Shown here: in pieces, positions 30,558-41,148 of the stretch
Numbering within the stretch: the stretch's first letter is position 1
How the letters are laid out: every line of letters begins with the position of its first letter
From: Candidatus Nomurabacteria bacterium
GTDB lineage: Bacteria; Patescibacteriota; Minisyncoccia; Phycocordibacterales; UBA9973
Direction of reading: 5' to 3'
Assembly (NCBI GenBank): GCA_026396065.1
Contig: JAPLXO010000006.1
Coordinates: 1,525 to 65,524, forward strand
DNA: 64,000 nucleotides
Position numbers and translations under genes: made by a program
Notes under the pieces: generated by a model
The model's input: only the letters and a program-made list of their open reading frames with translations
Told to the model about the DNA's origin: nothing
Databases searched by the model: none

Positions 30558-31649
30558 ATGAAAAAAACAGTAGAAAAAGAAGAAGTAATAGTAGACGATT
30601 CACCATTGAAAATAATGTTGGATAAAAGTCAGAGTTGGCCAGAAATGGACGCTCTTGTAGAAGGTCCAGTTATTTTGATTCAAAAGTCTTCAGTCTATGT
30701 GGACCTTGCCCCTTTCGGTACAGGTATCATTTATGGACGTGAATTCATGAATGCAAAAGATATCATCAAGAAAATCGCTATCGGAGATATCATTAAGGCA
30801 AAAATAGTTGAAGCTGAAAATGAAGATGGTTATATTGAATTATCTTTGAAAGAAGCAAAACAAGCTCTCATCTGGAGTGATGCTGAAAAAGCAATCAAGG
30901 GCAAAACAATAATGGATTTAGAAATCAAGGACGCAAACAAAGGCGGACTTATTTTGGAATGGCAAGGTATCGCAGGATTCCTTCCTGCTTCACAATTGAA
31001 ACCTGAACATTATCCAAGAGTTGAAGATTCTGACAAAGATAAAATCTTAAAAGAATTGAAAAAATTAGTGGGTACAAAAATCTCTGTAATGATTATTTCT
31101 ACTCTTCCAAAAGAAGGTAAATTAATTTTCTCTGAAAAAGAAAACAACACAGAGGAAAAACAAGAAATCATGAACAAGTATGAACTTGGTCAAGAACTTG
31201 AATGTACTATTGCAGGACTTGTAGACTTCGGAGTGTTCTTGAAACTCGAAGAAGGTCTAGAAGGTCTCGTACACATTTCTGAACTCGACTGGGGCCTCGT
31301 AGAAGATCCTCGTACAATGTTTAAAGTTGGAGACAAAGTAAAAGCTAAAATTATTGAAATTAAAGAAGGCAAAATTTCCCTTTCAATAAAAGCCTTAAAA
31401 GAAAATCCTTGGAAAGAATTTGAAAGTAAATTAAAGAAAGGCGATATTATAAAAGGCGTAGTTATTAAATACAATAAACACGGTGCATTGGTTTCAATCA
31501 AAGAAGGTGTTGCTGGACTCGTCCACAATTCTACATTTGGTACAGAAGCAAAACTTCGTGAAAAATTGCAACTTGGAACTACTTACAATTTCCAAATTAC
31601 TCTTTTTGAACCAAAAGATCATCGAATGACTTTGACTCACTTAGAATAA
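30558..31649 (+). CDS. rpsA: 30S ribosomal protein S1 (four S1 domains)
   Basis: Repeated S1 motifs (GFLPASQL, FGVF..EGLVHISEL, ISLSIK). Confidence 0.88.
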   Translation: MKKTVEKEEVIVDDSPLKIMLDKSQSWPEMDALVEGPVILIQKSSVYVDLAPFGTGIIYGREFMNAKDIIKKIAIGDIIKAKIVEAENEDGYIELSLKEAKQALIWSDAEKAIKGKTIMDLEIKDANKGGLILEWQGIAGFLPASQLKPEHYPRVEDSDKDKILKELKKLVGTKISVMIISTLPKEGKLIFSEKENNTEEKQEIMNKYELGQELECTIAGLVDFGVFLKLEEGLEGLVHISELDWGLVEDPRTMFKVGDKVKAKIIEIKEGKISLSIKALKENPWKEFESKLKKGDIIKGVVIKYNKHGALVSIKEGVAGLVHNSTFGTEAKLREKLQLGTTYNFQITLFEPKDHRMTLTHLE

Positions 31650-31660
31650 AAGTAAAATTA

Positions 31661-31687
31661 AAAAAACCTCCTTAAGGAGGTTTTTTT
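31661..31687. terminator. bidirectional intrinsic terminator
   Basis: AAAAAACCTCC-TTAA-GGAGGTTTTTT. Confidence 0.8.
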
Positions 31688-32270
31688 AATTATTATACAA
31701 ACTCATAGCTTTATCTTTCCCTTCTGTAAAAATCATTTGAATTGCTTCAGATATTTTTTTACTTTCTTTTTTAAGTATTACTAATTCTTCTTTTTTAAAT
31801 TCACCAAGCAAAAAATTTAATATTGCTTTCTCCCCTTTTGGTTTTTTTAATTTTCCTGTCGGAGTAATAGGACAAATACCAATTCTAATTCTCACAAATT
31901 CTTTAGATTTTAATTTTTTTATAACAGATTCTAGACCATTATGCCCACCAGAACTTCTGTTAAAAGAAAGTTTCACACTTCCAATAGGCAAATCGATATC
32001 ATCATATATGACTACAATATCTTCTAATTTCAATTTGTGTTTCTCTTTTACGTACAAAACTGCGACACCTGAATTATTCATAAATGTCATAGGTTTTATG
32101 TATTCAATAGGCTTATTACCAATCGAGTCTTTACAGAAAAGTAATTTTGTTCCTGAAGAATCTTTCCATTCAACTTTACCTAAAATAAAATCTAAAATAA
32201 TCTGCCCGGCATTATGTCGAGTCTTTTCATATTCACTTCCTGGGTTTCCAAGGCCTACGGCTAATTTCAT
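31686..32270 (-). CDS. pth: peptidyl-tRNA hydrolase
   Basis: GLGNPG..TRHNAG, FMNNSG, GGHNGL. Confidence 0.96.
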   Translation of the reverse strand: MKLAVGLGNPGSEYEKTRHNAGQIILDFILGKVEWKDSSGTKLLFCKDSIGNKPIEYIKPMTFMNNSGVAVLYVKEKHKLKLEDIVVIYDDIDLPIGSVKLSFNRSSGGHNGLESVIKKLKSKEFVRIRIGICPITPTGKLKKPKGEKAILNFLLGEFKKEELVILKKESKKISEAIQMIFTEGKDKAMSLYNN

Positions 32271-32375
32271 ATATCAAATAATAACATATTAATAAAAATT
32301 GCCCACTATTAATAAAATACATCCAACAACAGTAAACTCTATTGTGTCAAGGACAATGTATGTTAAAATACACAA

Positions 32376-32981
32376 ATGGAAAAAGAAACAAGTGAGGATG
32401 TTATTGTAAATAAGGACCTAGAAAAAAAACTATTATGGAAGCAATCATTCTGGGAACTCGTAAAATTTGCCATAATCGCAATTATAATAGTAATACCTAT
32501 CCGTGTATTTATAGCTCAACCATTTATAGTATCAGGATCTTCTATGATTCCTACTTTTCAAGATCGACAATATTTAATAATAGACGAAATCTCATACAGA
32601 TTTTCAGATCCAAAAAGAGGAGATGTGATTGTTTTCCATTATCCAAATGATCCATCAAAATTCTTTATAAAAAGAATAATAGGTTTACCAAATGAAAAAA
32701 TAGAACTAACAAAAGGAGAAGTCACTATTATAAACAATGATCGCCCAGAAGGTTTTAAATTAGATCAATCTTTTATAGAAAACCATTCTTACGAGACAGA
32801 TGCACCATATCAATTAAAAGACAAAGAATATTTTGTAATGGGAGACAATAGAAGTGGTAGTTATGATTCTAGAGCATGGGGTGCTGTTCCACAAAAATTA
32901 ATTACCGGACGCGTATTATTAAGACTTTTACCTTTAAATAAAATATCTACTTTCCCTGGAAATTATAAACAACTTAATTAA
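32376..32981 (+). CDS. lepB: signal peptidase I
   Basis: SGSSMIPT, IKRIIGLP, GDNR..S.DSR. Confidence 0.95.
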   Translation: MEKETSEDVIVNKDLEKKLLWKQSFWELVKFAIIAIIIVIPIRVFIAQPFIVSGSSMIPTFQDRQYLIIDEISYRFSDPKRGDVIVFHYPNDPSKFFIKRIIGLPNEKIELTKGEVTIINNDRPEGFKLDQSFIENHSYETDAPYQLKDKEYFVMGDNRSGSYDSRAWGAVPQKLITGRVLLRLLPLNKISTFPGNYKQLN

Positions 32982-32996
32982 TTTGCAAAATCATAT

Positions 32997-34304
32997 ATGA
33001 CTAAAACAAATGCAGCAGCAATAAAAAAAGCAGGAAAAAATTTATCTTCTCCAAAAGGTATGCGTGATGTTATGAACGAAGAATATTACAGCTTCCAAGG
33101 CTTCTTTGAAAAAGCACAAGAAGTAGCTGTTTATTATGGCTTCAAACCAATCGAAACACCAATGATGGAACACGAAGAAACTTTCACTTCTGGAATTGGA
33201 GAAGGGACGGATATTATAGACAAAGAAATGTATACGCTTAAAACAAAAGGTGGTGACCACCTCGCTCTCCGCCCTGAACACACTGGTTCACTCATGCGTG
33301 CATATATTGAGCAAGGAATGCAGAATATGCCTCAACCTGTAATGTTCTACCAATATGGCCCAGTCTTCAGACACGACAATCCTCAAAAAGGACGTTATAG
33401 ACAATTCAATCAATTTGATCTTGATTCTCTTGGTAGTGAAAAAAGTATAATGGATGCACTAGTCATAAAAGCTGGAATGAGTATTTTAGAAGAAGCTGGT
33501 GCTACAAATCTTTCAATCGACATTAACTCAATCGGAGATAAGGAATGTCGAAATGGATATATAAAAGAATTGGTAAATTACTACAAAAAACATATGGGTG
33601 ATTTGCCTGCTATCGATCGTGAAAGATTAAAAACCAATCCACTTCGTATTCTAGATTCAAAAGATCCAAAGACAAAAGAAATAAATGAAAATGCACCTGA
33701 TGCAGTCTCATTCCTTTGTCCTGCTTGTAAAAAACATTTCAAAGAAGTATTAGAATATTTAGAAGAAATGGGAATTCAATATAATTTAAATAAATGCCTA
33801 GTACGTGGACTTTCATATTACACTCGAACAGTTTTTGAAATTATTGATGAATCAGAAAGTGAGACAAAAGGTATGGCTATTGCTGGAGGTGGTAGATATG
33901 ATTATCTTGGTAAACAATTAGGAAGTAAAAAAGATGTTCCTGCTGTAGGTATTTCTATATCTGCTGATCGTGTACTGCTTATGCCTTGGTATAAAAAATT
34001 AAATCCTCGTATTATCAAAAAACCAAAAGTATATTTCATCCAATTAGGTAGTGATGCGAAATTGAAAAGTCTAAATGTAACAGAAATGCTACGTAAGGCT
34101 CACATCCCTATGGCTCAATCTCTATCAAAAGATACATTAGGTGCACAGCTCGCAATAGCAGAAAAATTACAAATTCCTTATGCTTTAATTTTTGGATTAA
34201 AAGAAGCACTAGATAATTCTGTAATTGTACGCGACATGAGTAATCGATCACAAGAAACAGTAAAACTTTCAAAGCTACTGGAACATCTAAAAGAAATTAA
34301 ATAA
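32997..34304 (+). CDS. hisS: histidine--tRNA ligase
   Basis: KGMRD, LRPE.T, RYRQF.Q, LVRGLSYY, GGGRYD. Confidence 0.96.
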   Translation: MTKTNAAAIKKAGKNLSSPKGMRDVMNEEYYSFQGFFEKAQEVAVYYGFKPIETPMMEHEETFTSGIGEGTDIIDKEMYTLKTKGGDHLALRPEHTGSLMRAYIEQGMQNMPQPVMFYQYGPVFRHDNPQKGRYRQFNQFDLDSLGSEKSIMDALVIKAGMSILEEAGATNLSIDINSIGDKECRNGYIKELVNYYKKHMGDLPAIDRERLKTNPLRILDSKDPKTKEINENAPDAVSFLCPACKKHFKEVLEYLEEMGIQYNLNKCLVRGLSYYTRTVFEIIDESESETKGMAIAGGGRYDYLGKQLGSKKDVPAVGISISADRVLLMPWYKKLNPRIIKKPKVYFIQLGSDAKLKSLNVTEMLRKAHIPMAQSLSKDTLGAQLAIAEKLQIPYALIFGLKEALDNSVIVRDMSNRSQETVKLSKLLEHLKEIK

Positions 34305-34309
34305 AAAAA

Positions 34310-34867
34310 ATGCAAAAAATTCTTCAAAAAGAAGAAAAGGTTTTAAGGCAGGTAGCTAAAGAGGTGCCTATAAAAGATATTAATACTCCTAAAATTAAAA
34401 AGGTGCTTGAAGAAATGATCTCGGCTTTAAAAAGCCAAAATGATGGTGTGGCTATAGCTGCACCACAGATTGGTCACTCATTAAGGATTTTTGTTGTAGC
34501 TGGTAAAATTTTTACTAAAGATTTTATGAAAGAAAGAGAAGATAGAATTTCAGGTAAAAAAGGAATTGGAGAAATTAATACAGAAGAAAAAATTCCTAAA
34601 AATTTAATATTCATCAACCCTAAAATTTCAAAACTTTCTCGTGATAAAAAATGGGTTCCAGAAGGTTGCCTTTCAGTTCGTTGGCTTTATGGTAAAACTC
34701 ATCGATCAAATAAGGCTACAGTAGAAGCTTATGATGAAAATGGAAAGAAGTTTGTGCGTGGTTCCAGTGGACTACTAGCTCAGATTTTCCAACATGAGAC
34801 AGATCATTTAAATGGAATTCTATTTCATGATCATGCAAAAGATTTAAAAGAAGAAGCTCCACAATAA
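34310..34867 (+). CDS. def: peptide deformylase
   Basis: GVAIAAPQIG, EGCLS, QHETDHLNG. Confidence 0.96.
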   Translation: MQKILQKEEKVLRQVAKEVPIKDINTPKIKKVLEEMISALKSQNDGVAIAAPQIGHSLRIFVVAGKIFTKDFMKEREDRISGKKGIGEINTEEKIPKNLIFINPKISKLSRDKKWVPEGCLSVRWLYGKTHRSNKATVEAYDENGKKFVRGSSGLLAQIFQHETDHLNGILFHDHAKDLKEEAPQ

Positions 34868-35700
34868 TGCAAAATAATAAAGATTTAAAATTTGTTTTTT
34901 TTGGCACACCTAGTGTTGCCAGCGAAACTTTGGAAATATTAAAACAGAGTGGTTTTTTGCCTTCACTCATAATCACCGCTCCGGATAAACCGGCTGGAAG
35001 AAAAATGATTATGACTCCGCCACTGGTAAAAACTTGGGCGATAGAAAATAATATTCCATTTATTCAACCAGAAAAAATAACTAAAGAAGAACTAAAAGGT
35101 CAATTTGATTTATTTATTGTAGTAGCATACGGAAAAATTTTATCTCAAGAAATTTTAGACATGCCAAAGTATGGCTCTATAAATATCCACTATTCTCTAC
35201 TTCCAAAATACCGTGGTGCATCCCCTGTCGAATCAGCTATTTTAAATGGGGATAAAGAGACAGGTATTGCTATTCAAAAAATGGTTTACAAAATGGATGC
35301 CGGGCCAATAATCGCTATGGAAAAAGTAGCTATAGATCCAGATGAACATACTAAAGAATTACGTAAAAAATTAATTAAAATAGGTGGTGAGCTTTTAGTT
35401 AAAACTTTAAATACAAATCCAACCCCTTATCAGGGACTTCAAATTCAAGATGAAACACAAGCTACAAACTGTAAGAAAATAAAAAAAGAAGATGGTCTTT
35501 TAAACGAAGCTGATTCTGAAGAACAAAAGTACAATAAATTTCGTGCATATTCCCTATGGCCTAGAACTTTCTTTTTTAAAAATGGAAAAAGAATAATTGT
35601 AACCGATGCTAAACTAGAAGATAGTAAATTTGTAATCAAAAAAGTACTACCTGAAGGTAAAAAAGAGATTACTTACATAGATTTTCTAAAAAATAATTAA
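34867..35700 (+). CDS. fmt: methionyl-tRNA formyltransferase
   Basis: FFGTP, VVAYG, NIHYSLLPKYRGASP, MDAG. Confidence 0.95.
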   Translation: MQNNKDLKFVFFGTPSVASETLEILKQSGFLPSLIITAPDKPAGRKMIMTPPLVKTWAIENNIPFIQPEKITKEELKGQFDLFIVVAYGKILSQEILDMPKYGSINIHYSLLPKYRGASPVESAILNGDKETGIAIQKMVYKMDAGPIIAMEKVAIDPDEHTKELRKKLIKIGGELLVKTLNTNPTPYQGLQIQDETQATNCKKIKKEDGLLNEADSEEQKYNKFRAYSLWPRTFFFKNGKRIIVTDAKLEDSKFVIKKVLPEGKKEITYIDFLKNN

Positions 35701-36080
35701 TATTTCGAAGTAAAAGGATTTCTTTTTGATAATCCTTTTAACATTTTTTTTACACTCGAAGCTCCTCGTTTAAATAAAGTCTGATTTCTGTCTTTTGTAG
35801 AAGTTAATGCACGGACAATTTCTTCTTTTGCTTCATCAATTGCTTTATACAAATCATCAGTCTCAGACACAGAAAAAGCTTTTGTATCTCCGGAGTCAAT
35901 TATTATTTCTGCTTTGTATACATCTCCATTTTTATGATGATTAGTTGTTTTACCAATTTCAACCTGAACAACAGCGTCTTTATTTTTTAAAAACTTTTCA
36001 ATACTAGAAAGTCTCTTATTTACATATTCTTGTAAAGAATCTACTAATTCAATATTTTTTGTTTTTATATTTATATTCAT
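35697..36080 (-). CDS. hpf: ribosome hibernation factor HPF/RaiA
   Basis: MNINIKTKNIEL..L..YV..RL, DLYKAID. Confidence 0.88.
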   Translation of the reverse strand: MNINIKTKNIELVDSLQEYVNKRLSSIEKFLKNKDAVVQVEIGKTTNHHKNGDVYKAEIIIDSGDTKAFSVSETDDLYKAIDEAKEEIVRALTSTKDRNQTLFKRGASSVKKMLKGLSKRNPFTSKY

Positions 36081-36181
36081 AACTTAATTATAACACTAAA
36101 ATTAAGAAAAATAAAAAGAAATTTTATCCACTTTTTATAATAAAAACAATAAAACCCCGCCTGTATACACAGCGCGAGGTT

Positions 36182-37150
36182 TTATAAATGTTTAATAAAG
36201 TCTTTAATCCAGACTATTCTGGTAAGACTTTCTATGGTTCTGAATTTTACTATGTCGCCAAAACGACAAATTTCGTCTGTAAGTAGCTCTAAATCTGCAA
36301 TTTTTGCTACTGTTTTCAAATTTATACTCCCTCTTGCGTCAGCAATAACTCTGGAAGTTTTATTTAAAAAATCTATTTTTTCCAAATCATTACTATTATT
36401 ACTTCCATTTAAGGAAATAAGCCCTTCCATAACAAGTTTTTTTAAGTCAGGAATACTTTTTAAGTAATTCACACCTCTTAAATAAGAAGTGCAAATATCT
36501 AAAAGATATTTCTTGAAATTTTCATCGGAAATTTTTTTCTTTTTCTTTTTCCGATAAATAAAAATACAGATAGAAGGAATACTTGGGAATTTTTTCATGT
36601 GATTTTGTTGCCCAAACTCACTAGATTTTATTTGAAGTGGAACATTAATCCCAGCCACAAGGGAAACAAAGAGATCTACTCCTTTTATTGAATCTTGAAT
36701 TTCTGTAACTTCAATAACTCCAGAAATTATTTTTGAAAAATTTTTATCAGTTTTAATGAAATTTAATATCATATTTTTGACTTCAATTTCTACTAAAAGA
36801 GCAGATTTTCTTTGCTCAATTTCTGTTTTCAAAAAAGTTTCTATTGATTTTGGTGTACAATTTTCATTTACCAAAATCATAATTTCAAAATTACGATATA
36901 AAGCAATTTCAAAACGAGCCTCTTTTGGTGTTCTAATGGCTACCTTAAATATCACATCAAGGAACTTTTCCTTCATATACTCCACTTGATAAGCTAGAGA
37001 TTTATCAGTTTTTACTCGTTTTTTAAAACTAAGAATAACTTTTTCGTATCTTAAAGCTTTTAATATTTTATTTGCCTGAGTTTTAGAACCCAGGTCAATT
37101 GCATTGCTTACCTTGTAAGTTTCTGCAGTTTTTTGTATAACTGGGTTCAT
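36182..37150 (-). CDS. orphan protein with possible PD-(D/E)xK nuclease-like motif
   Basis: E...D..KGVDLFV...PLQIKSS. Confidence 0.5.
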   Translation of the reverse strand: MNPVIQKTAETYKVSNAIDLGSKTQANKILKALRYEKVILSFKKRVKTDKSLAYQVEYMKEKFLDVIFKVAIRTPKEARFEIALYRNFEIMILVNENCTPKSIETFLKTEIEQRKSALLVEIEVKNMILNFIKTDKNFSKIISGVIEVTEIQDSIKGVDLFVSLVAGINVPLQIKSSEFGQQNHMKKFPSIPSICIFIYRKKKKKKISDENFKKYLLDICTSYLRGVNYLKSIPDLKKLVMEGLISLNGSNNSNDLEKIDFLNKTSRVIADARGSINLKTVAKIADLELLTDEICRFGDIVKFRTIESLTRIVWIKDFIKHL

Positions 37151-37182
37151 ATTTTCTTTTTTTTGAATTAATTTATATTAAA

Positions 37183-37301
37183 TTTATTAGTTATCCTAAA
37201 GGTCAAAAAACCACTAGAAAAACCAATAAAGTCAATAAAATCAACCTTTTTCAAGAAACGGCCATTTGCCAAACAATAGCATATTTAATTTTAAAAGTCA
37301 A
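37183..37301 (-). promoter_or_regulatory. sigma70 promoter + boxA-like motif + hairpin leader (D)
   Basis: Minus strand TTGACT-17-TATTGT, GTTTCTTGAAAA (37259-37248), hairpin about 37183-37230. Confidence 0.62.
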
Positions 37302-37306
37302 ACAAA

Positions 37307-37933
37307 CTAAGTTCTATGGTCTTCTTTCTTCCATTCAATTAGCTTCCCTGCCTTACGCTCCATATTATCTGCCTTGCGAATAAATTTATTATTCTTTTTT
37401 GGAAAAATTAACTCATGTGGAGCGTCGTCTATCATTTGTGCTATATAATGTAAATTTTCTTTAGATGTAATCCATTTTGTTCCAAGTTTTTTGATATTAA
37501 AAGGTTTAGTAGAATAACTACGCAAACATTTTTTACCATTTGTATCATTAAAATATTCATGAAAATATGATAGTGCTAATTCACGAATATTTTTATAAAC
37601 TGGATCACGAAAGCGCAAAGTTGGATGATTTGTTTTACTTATAGCACCCCAGTAACCATTTCTTTTATAAATAGCTATTACATGATCAATATCACCTTCT
37701 GCTTTTAAATCTAATAACAATGGTTTTTCTCCATTTAACCAAAGTGCTACTCCTGCCAAAAGAGCACCTTCCAAGCAGTGTGCTTTTTTATTTAAAAGAA
37801 CTTCCCGTGGTGACATATATGTCTCTCCGTTTTTCTCCCAATTAATAGGTAAAGCATCTAAAAAATCTTGAATCTTTATTGGTGTTGAAAGTTTTTTAAA
37901 AATAGAAAGCTCTTTTTTTGAAAGTCCTAACAT
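37307..37933 (-). CDS. conserved hypothetical protein, transglutaminase-like Cys/His motif
   Basis: AHCLEGALLA...DHVIA...GYWGAISKTN. Confidence 0.65.
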   Translation of the reverse strand: MLGLSKKELSIFKKLSTPIKIQDFLDALPINWEKNGETYMSPREVLLNKKAHCLEGALLAGVALWLNGEKPLLLDLKAEGDIDHVIAIYKRNGYWGAISKTNHPTLRFRDPVYKNIRELALSYFHEYFNDTNGKKCLRSYSTKPFNIKKLGTKWITSKENLHYIAQMIDDAPHELIFPKKNNKFIRKADNMERKAGKLIEWKKEDHRT

Positions 37934-37985
37934 CTTTTAATTATAACAAAAAAACCACCTGATAGTGATTTTTTTGTTATAATAT

Positions 37986-38111
37986 TTATCTTCTTTTTTT
38001 ACTGGTTGCTTTTTTTGCAAGCATTGTTTTCTTGACAGCAATACGCTTCTTTGTCTTGTGAGAACGTCTTGATTTTGGTCTGATACTTAAGGTTGTATTT
38101 CTTTTTGCCAT
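37986..38111 (-). CDS. 41-aa highly basic small protein (not in ORF track)
   Basis: MAKRNTTLSIRPKSRRSHKTKKRIAVKKTMLAKKATSKKRR; upstream TATAAT and a downstream hairpin. Confidence 0.65.
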   Translation of the reverse strand: MAKRNTTLSIRPKSRRSHKTKKRIAVKKTMLAKKATSKKRR

Positions 38112-38178
38112 AAAATAAATTTGATTGATTATTAATAAGTTAAATCTATTATACTCTATATTGATTAATAATTCAATT

Positions 38179-39198
38179 CTATCTTTTTAAGATAAGAATC
38201 TTGTACATCTCTATTATTGAAATACAAAGAGATAATACTATCGGTCCAAAAATAAAACCAAGGGGCCCAAAGAATAATACTCCACCAAGAATTGAAAAAA
38301 GGATAAAGATAGGTGGTGCATCGAGTCCTTTTCCAAAAAAGTAAGCTGAGAGCATATTATCTACAAAAACCATTATTAAAACTCCAAAAATACCAAGACC
38401 AATTGCATAAAACATGCTACCACTAAGTACTAAATAAATAACAGCTGGTACAATTACAAAAGGAGTTCCAAGACCAGGAATTGCTCCTATAATAGCGGCT
38501 ATGCTTCCCCATACCATAAAATCTTGAATTCCAAATAAGTAAAATCCTACAGTAAAAAGAACCCAGCGAATCAATCCTACAAAAAGTGTACCTCTTATTA
38601 CTGAAGTAATAGCCCTATGCATTGAAGTTAAAACTTCTCTATTTTGTTCTTTTTCAAAAGGACTAAGTGCTATTAAAGAAGAAAATATTTTATCTCCATC
38701 TCGTAAAAAGAAAAAGAAGGTAAATAGAATAAAAAATATTTCAAAAAATATATAAACTGCCTGTGATAAAAACAAACCTAAATTACTTGAAATAAAATTG
38801 AGTACCATGGAAGCATAGTAAGAAATATTTAAAGTAAACGTTGGAAAGAAATTACGAATTACAGATTGTGCTGATTCTTGTATCTCTTGCATATGTTGCC
38901 CTTGACCATTTTGGATTAAAGTAAAAAAGTTTTGCATTTGTCCTAAAATTTGTACGCCAAAAAATAGGATTGGTATAATTAGAAAAACAAGAGAAATAAG
39001 AACGATCACAATAGCAAAAAAATTACTACCATTCTTATGGTGGCGCAACATTCTTTTATATAAAGGTCTAAATAATAAAGACAATATAGCAGCTAGGACT
39101 AGAATATTTAGAAATGGTTTAAAAACCAAAAAAGTTAAAATTAAAATTAATGTGCAAAGTACTAAAAATGATACTATTTCCAATCGCTTTTTTTCCAT
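38179..39198 (-). CDS. AI-2E family transporter
   Basis: FFFLRDG, IPGLG, DN.L, SILGG..FGPLGFIFGP. Confidence 0.9.
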   Translation of the reverse strand: MEKKRLEIVSFLVLCTLILILTFLVFKPFLNILVLAAILSLLFRPLYKRMLRHHKNGSNFFAIVIVLISLVFLIIPILFFGVQILGQMQNFFTLIQNGQGQHMQEIQESAQSVIRNFFPTFTLNISYYASMVLNFISSNLGLFLSQAVYIFFEIFFILFTFFFFLRDGDKIFSSLIALSPFEKEQNREVLTSMHRAITSVIRGTLFVGLIRWVLFTVGFYLFGIQDFMVWGSIAAIIGAIPGLGTPFVIVPAVIYLVLSGSMFYAIGLGIFGVLIMVFVDNMLSAYFFGKGLDAPPIFILFSILGGVLFFGPLGFIFGPIVLSLCISIIEMYKILILKR

Positions 39199-39277
39199 AT
39201 ATTTATTGTACCATAAAATTTACTTTTATTAAAAATGGTATAATAAGATTGTTTAGTTTATAATTAATAAAAATATT

Positions 39278-39886
39278 ATGATACCATTTATTATCGCGCT
39301 TATTATAGGTTTAACAGGAAGCACGGCCTCTATAGCTGAAAAAGCTATACCGGGTGATTTTTTGTATGGGGTAAAAGTCCATATCAATGAACCAGTCGCT
39401 GGAATATTTTCTTTAACAAAAGAAGAGAAAACTGAATGGAAAGAACGTCTTGTAGAGCGCAGGCTCGATGAAGCTCAAAAATTAATTTCAAATAATAATT
39501 TTGATGAAAAAGTAAGAGTAGAACTTGAAAATAAAATAAATAATCAAATTGAAGATTTTAATAAAAGTGTAAGTGAATTAGCTTTACAAAAAAATAAATC
39601 TACAAATTCATCTAATTTGAATATAAGATTCCAAGCTTCTTTAGATGCTTACAATAACATATTTGGAAAATTAAATAATAAAGCAACAACAACAGAAGAA
39701 ACAAAAACAGAAACTACTAAATTGGTAAATAATATTATTATTGAAAATGTAAAGGTTCTTCCACCAGAAGAAACCAAAAAGGTAAATATACTCTCAAATG
39801 TTATAAAACGTGATGTAGAAGATGATATGGGTGAAAAACATTATGAAGATAACGATGAAAAAGATAACGAAGAATTTGACGATTAA
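39278..39886 (+). CDS. DUF5667-like exported protein
   Basis: AIPGDFLYGVK..NE..ERRLDEA. Confidence 0.7.
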   Translation: MIPFIIALIIGLTGSTASIAEKAIPGDFLYGVKVHINEPVAGIFSLTKEEKTEWKERLVERRLDEAQKLISNNNFDEKVRVELENKINNQIEDFNKSVSELALQKNKSTNSSNLNIRFQASLDAYNNIFGKLNNKATTTEETKTETTKLVNNIIIENVKVLPPEETKKVNILSNVIKRDVEDDMGEKHYEDNDEKDNEEFDD

Positions 39887-39895
39887 ACATAACTT

Positions 39896-40393
39896 ATGAA
39901 AAAAATAATTTTATCTTCATTACTAATATTTAGTTTTGGCGCATATATATTACATGTGCGTATTTTAAGTTCTAACGCTCCTATCGCACTAACACAAAAA
40001 AATACTAAACCAAAAATAGATTTATCTATTCCTAAATACGATCAAATAGTAACAAATCCAATTGCACAAATTATAAAACCTACTCCTACTCCCCCACCAC
40101 CAGTAATAAATACTGGTAAATATAAAAATGGCACCTACACTGGTGATTCTGTGGACGCATCATATGGAAATGTACAAGTAAAAGTCGTCATATCTGGTGG
40201 AAAAATAGCTGATGTTCAATTTTTAGATCACCCACGAGGTGGAAATTCTACTAGAATAAATAATTATGCTATGCCCTACTTAATCAGCGAAGCTATTGCC
40301 TTACAAGACTCAAACGTCGACACTGTTTCTGGTGCATCATATACGAGTGAGGCATATCGCCAATCTTTGACTTCGGCACTAGCACAAGCTTAA
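39896..40393 (+). CDS. FMN-binding domain protein (flavinylation target)
   Basis: YKNGTYTG, G.VQV.V, DTVSGASYTS flavinylation motif. Confidence 0.9.
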   Translation: MKKIILSSLLIFSFGAYILHVRILSSNAPIALTQKNTKPKIDLSIPKYDQIVTNPIAQIIKPTPTPPPPVINTGKYKNGTYTGDSVDASYGNVQVKVVISGGKIADVQFLDHPRGGNSTRINNYAMPYLISEAIALQDSNVDTVSGASYTSEAYRQSLTSALAQA

Positions 40394-40397
40394 AAAA

Positions 40398-41147
40398 ATG
40401 AGACAAGAACAAATTATAATGGGGACACCAGTTATTATTGAAATTAATGACAAAGAAGCAAGGCAAGAATTTTTTGATGAAGTTTTTGATTATTTTAAAT
40501 ATGTCGATGAAAAATTTAGCACTTATAAAGATACTAGTGAAATTACAGCAATAAATAAAAAAGAAATAGCAAAAGACACGATGAGCGATGACATGAAAAA
40601 AGTTTTTGAACTTTCAGAACAAACAAAAAAATTAACAGGTGGATATTTTGATATAGTGACGCCGGACGGATCTTATGATCCGTCCGGCCTAGTAAAAGGT
40701 TGGTCTATTTTTAATGCTAGTGAAATATTAAAAAACCACGGTGTGAAAAATTTTACAGTCGAAGCAGGTGGTGATATTCAGACTTCTGGAAAAAATGAAA
40801 ATGGTAATGTGTGGTGTATAGGCATTCAAAATCCTTTCAGTCAAAAGAAAGAAATTATAAAAAAAATATACGTCAGTGATGAAGGTATTGCTACTTCTGG
40901 AAATTATGTTCGAGGTAATCATATTTATAATCCAAAAGATAAAAATGATATAATAGAAGATATATCTAGCCTGACAGTAATTGGACCAAATATTTTTGAA
41001 GCAGATAGATTTGCTACATCGGCATATGCAATGGGAAAAGAAGGAATTTACTTTATAGAAAAGCTCGATGGTTTTGAAGCTTATATGATAGATAAAAATG
41101 GTATAGCGACAATGACGACAAATTTTAATAATTACACAAAACAATAA
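40398..41147 (+). CDS. apbE: FAD:protein FMN transferase
   Basis: MGT, FSTY..SE, D..G.VKGW, AGGD, ATSG.Y, HI..P, AD..AT. Confidence 0.92.
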   Translation: MRQEQIIMGTPVIIEINDKEARQEFFDEVFDYFKYVDEKFSTYKDTSEITAINKKEIAKDTMSDDMKKVFELSEQTKKLTGGYFDIVTPDGSYDPSGLVKGWSIFNASEILKNHGVKNFTVEAGGDIQTSGKNENGNVWCIGIQNPFSQKKEIIKKIYVSDEGIATSGNYVRGNHIYNPKDKNDIIEDISSLTVIGPNIFEADRFATSAYAMGKEGIYFIEKLDGFEAYMIDKNGIATMTTNFNNYTKQ

Positions 41148-41148
41148 T

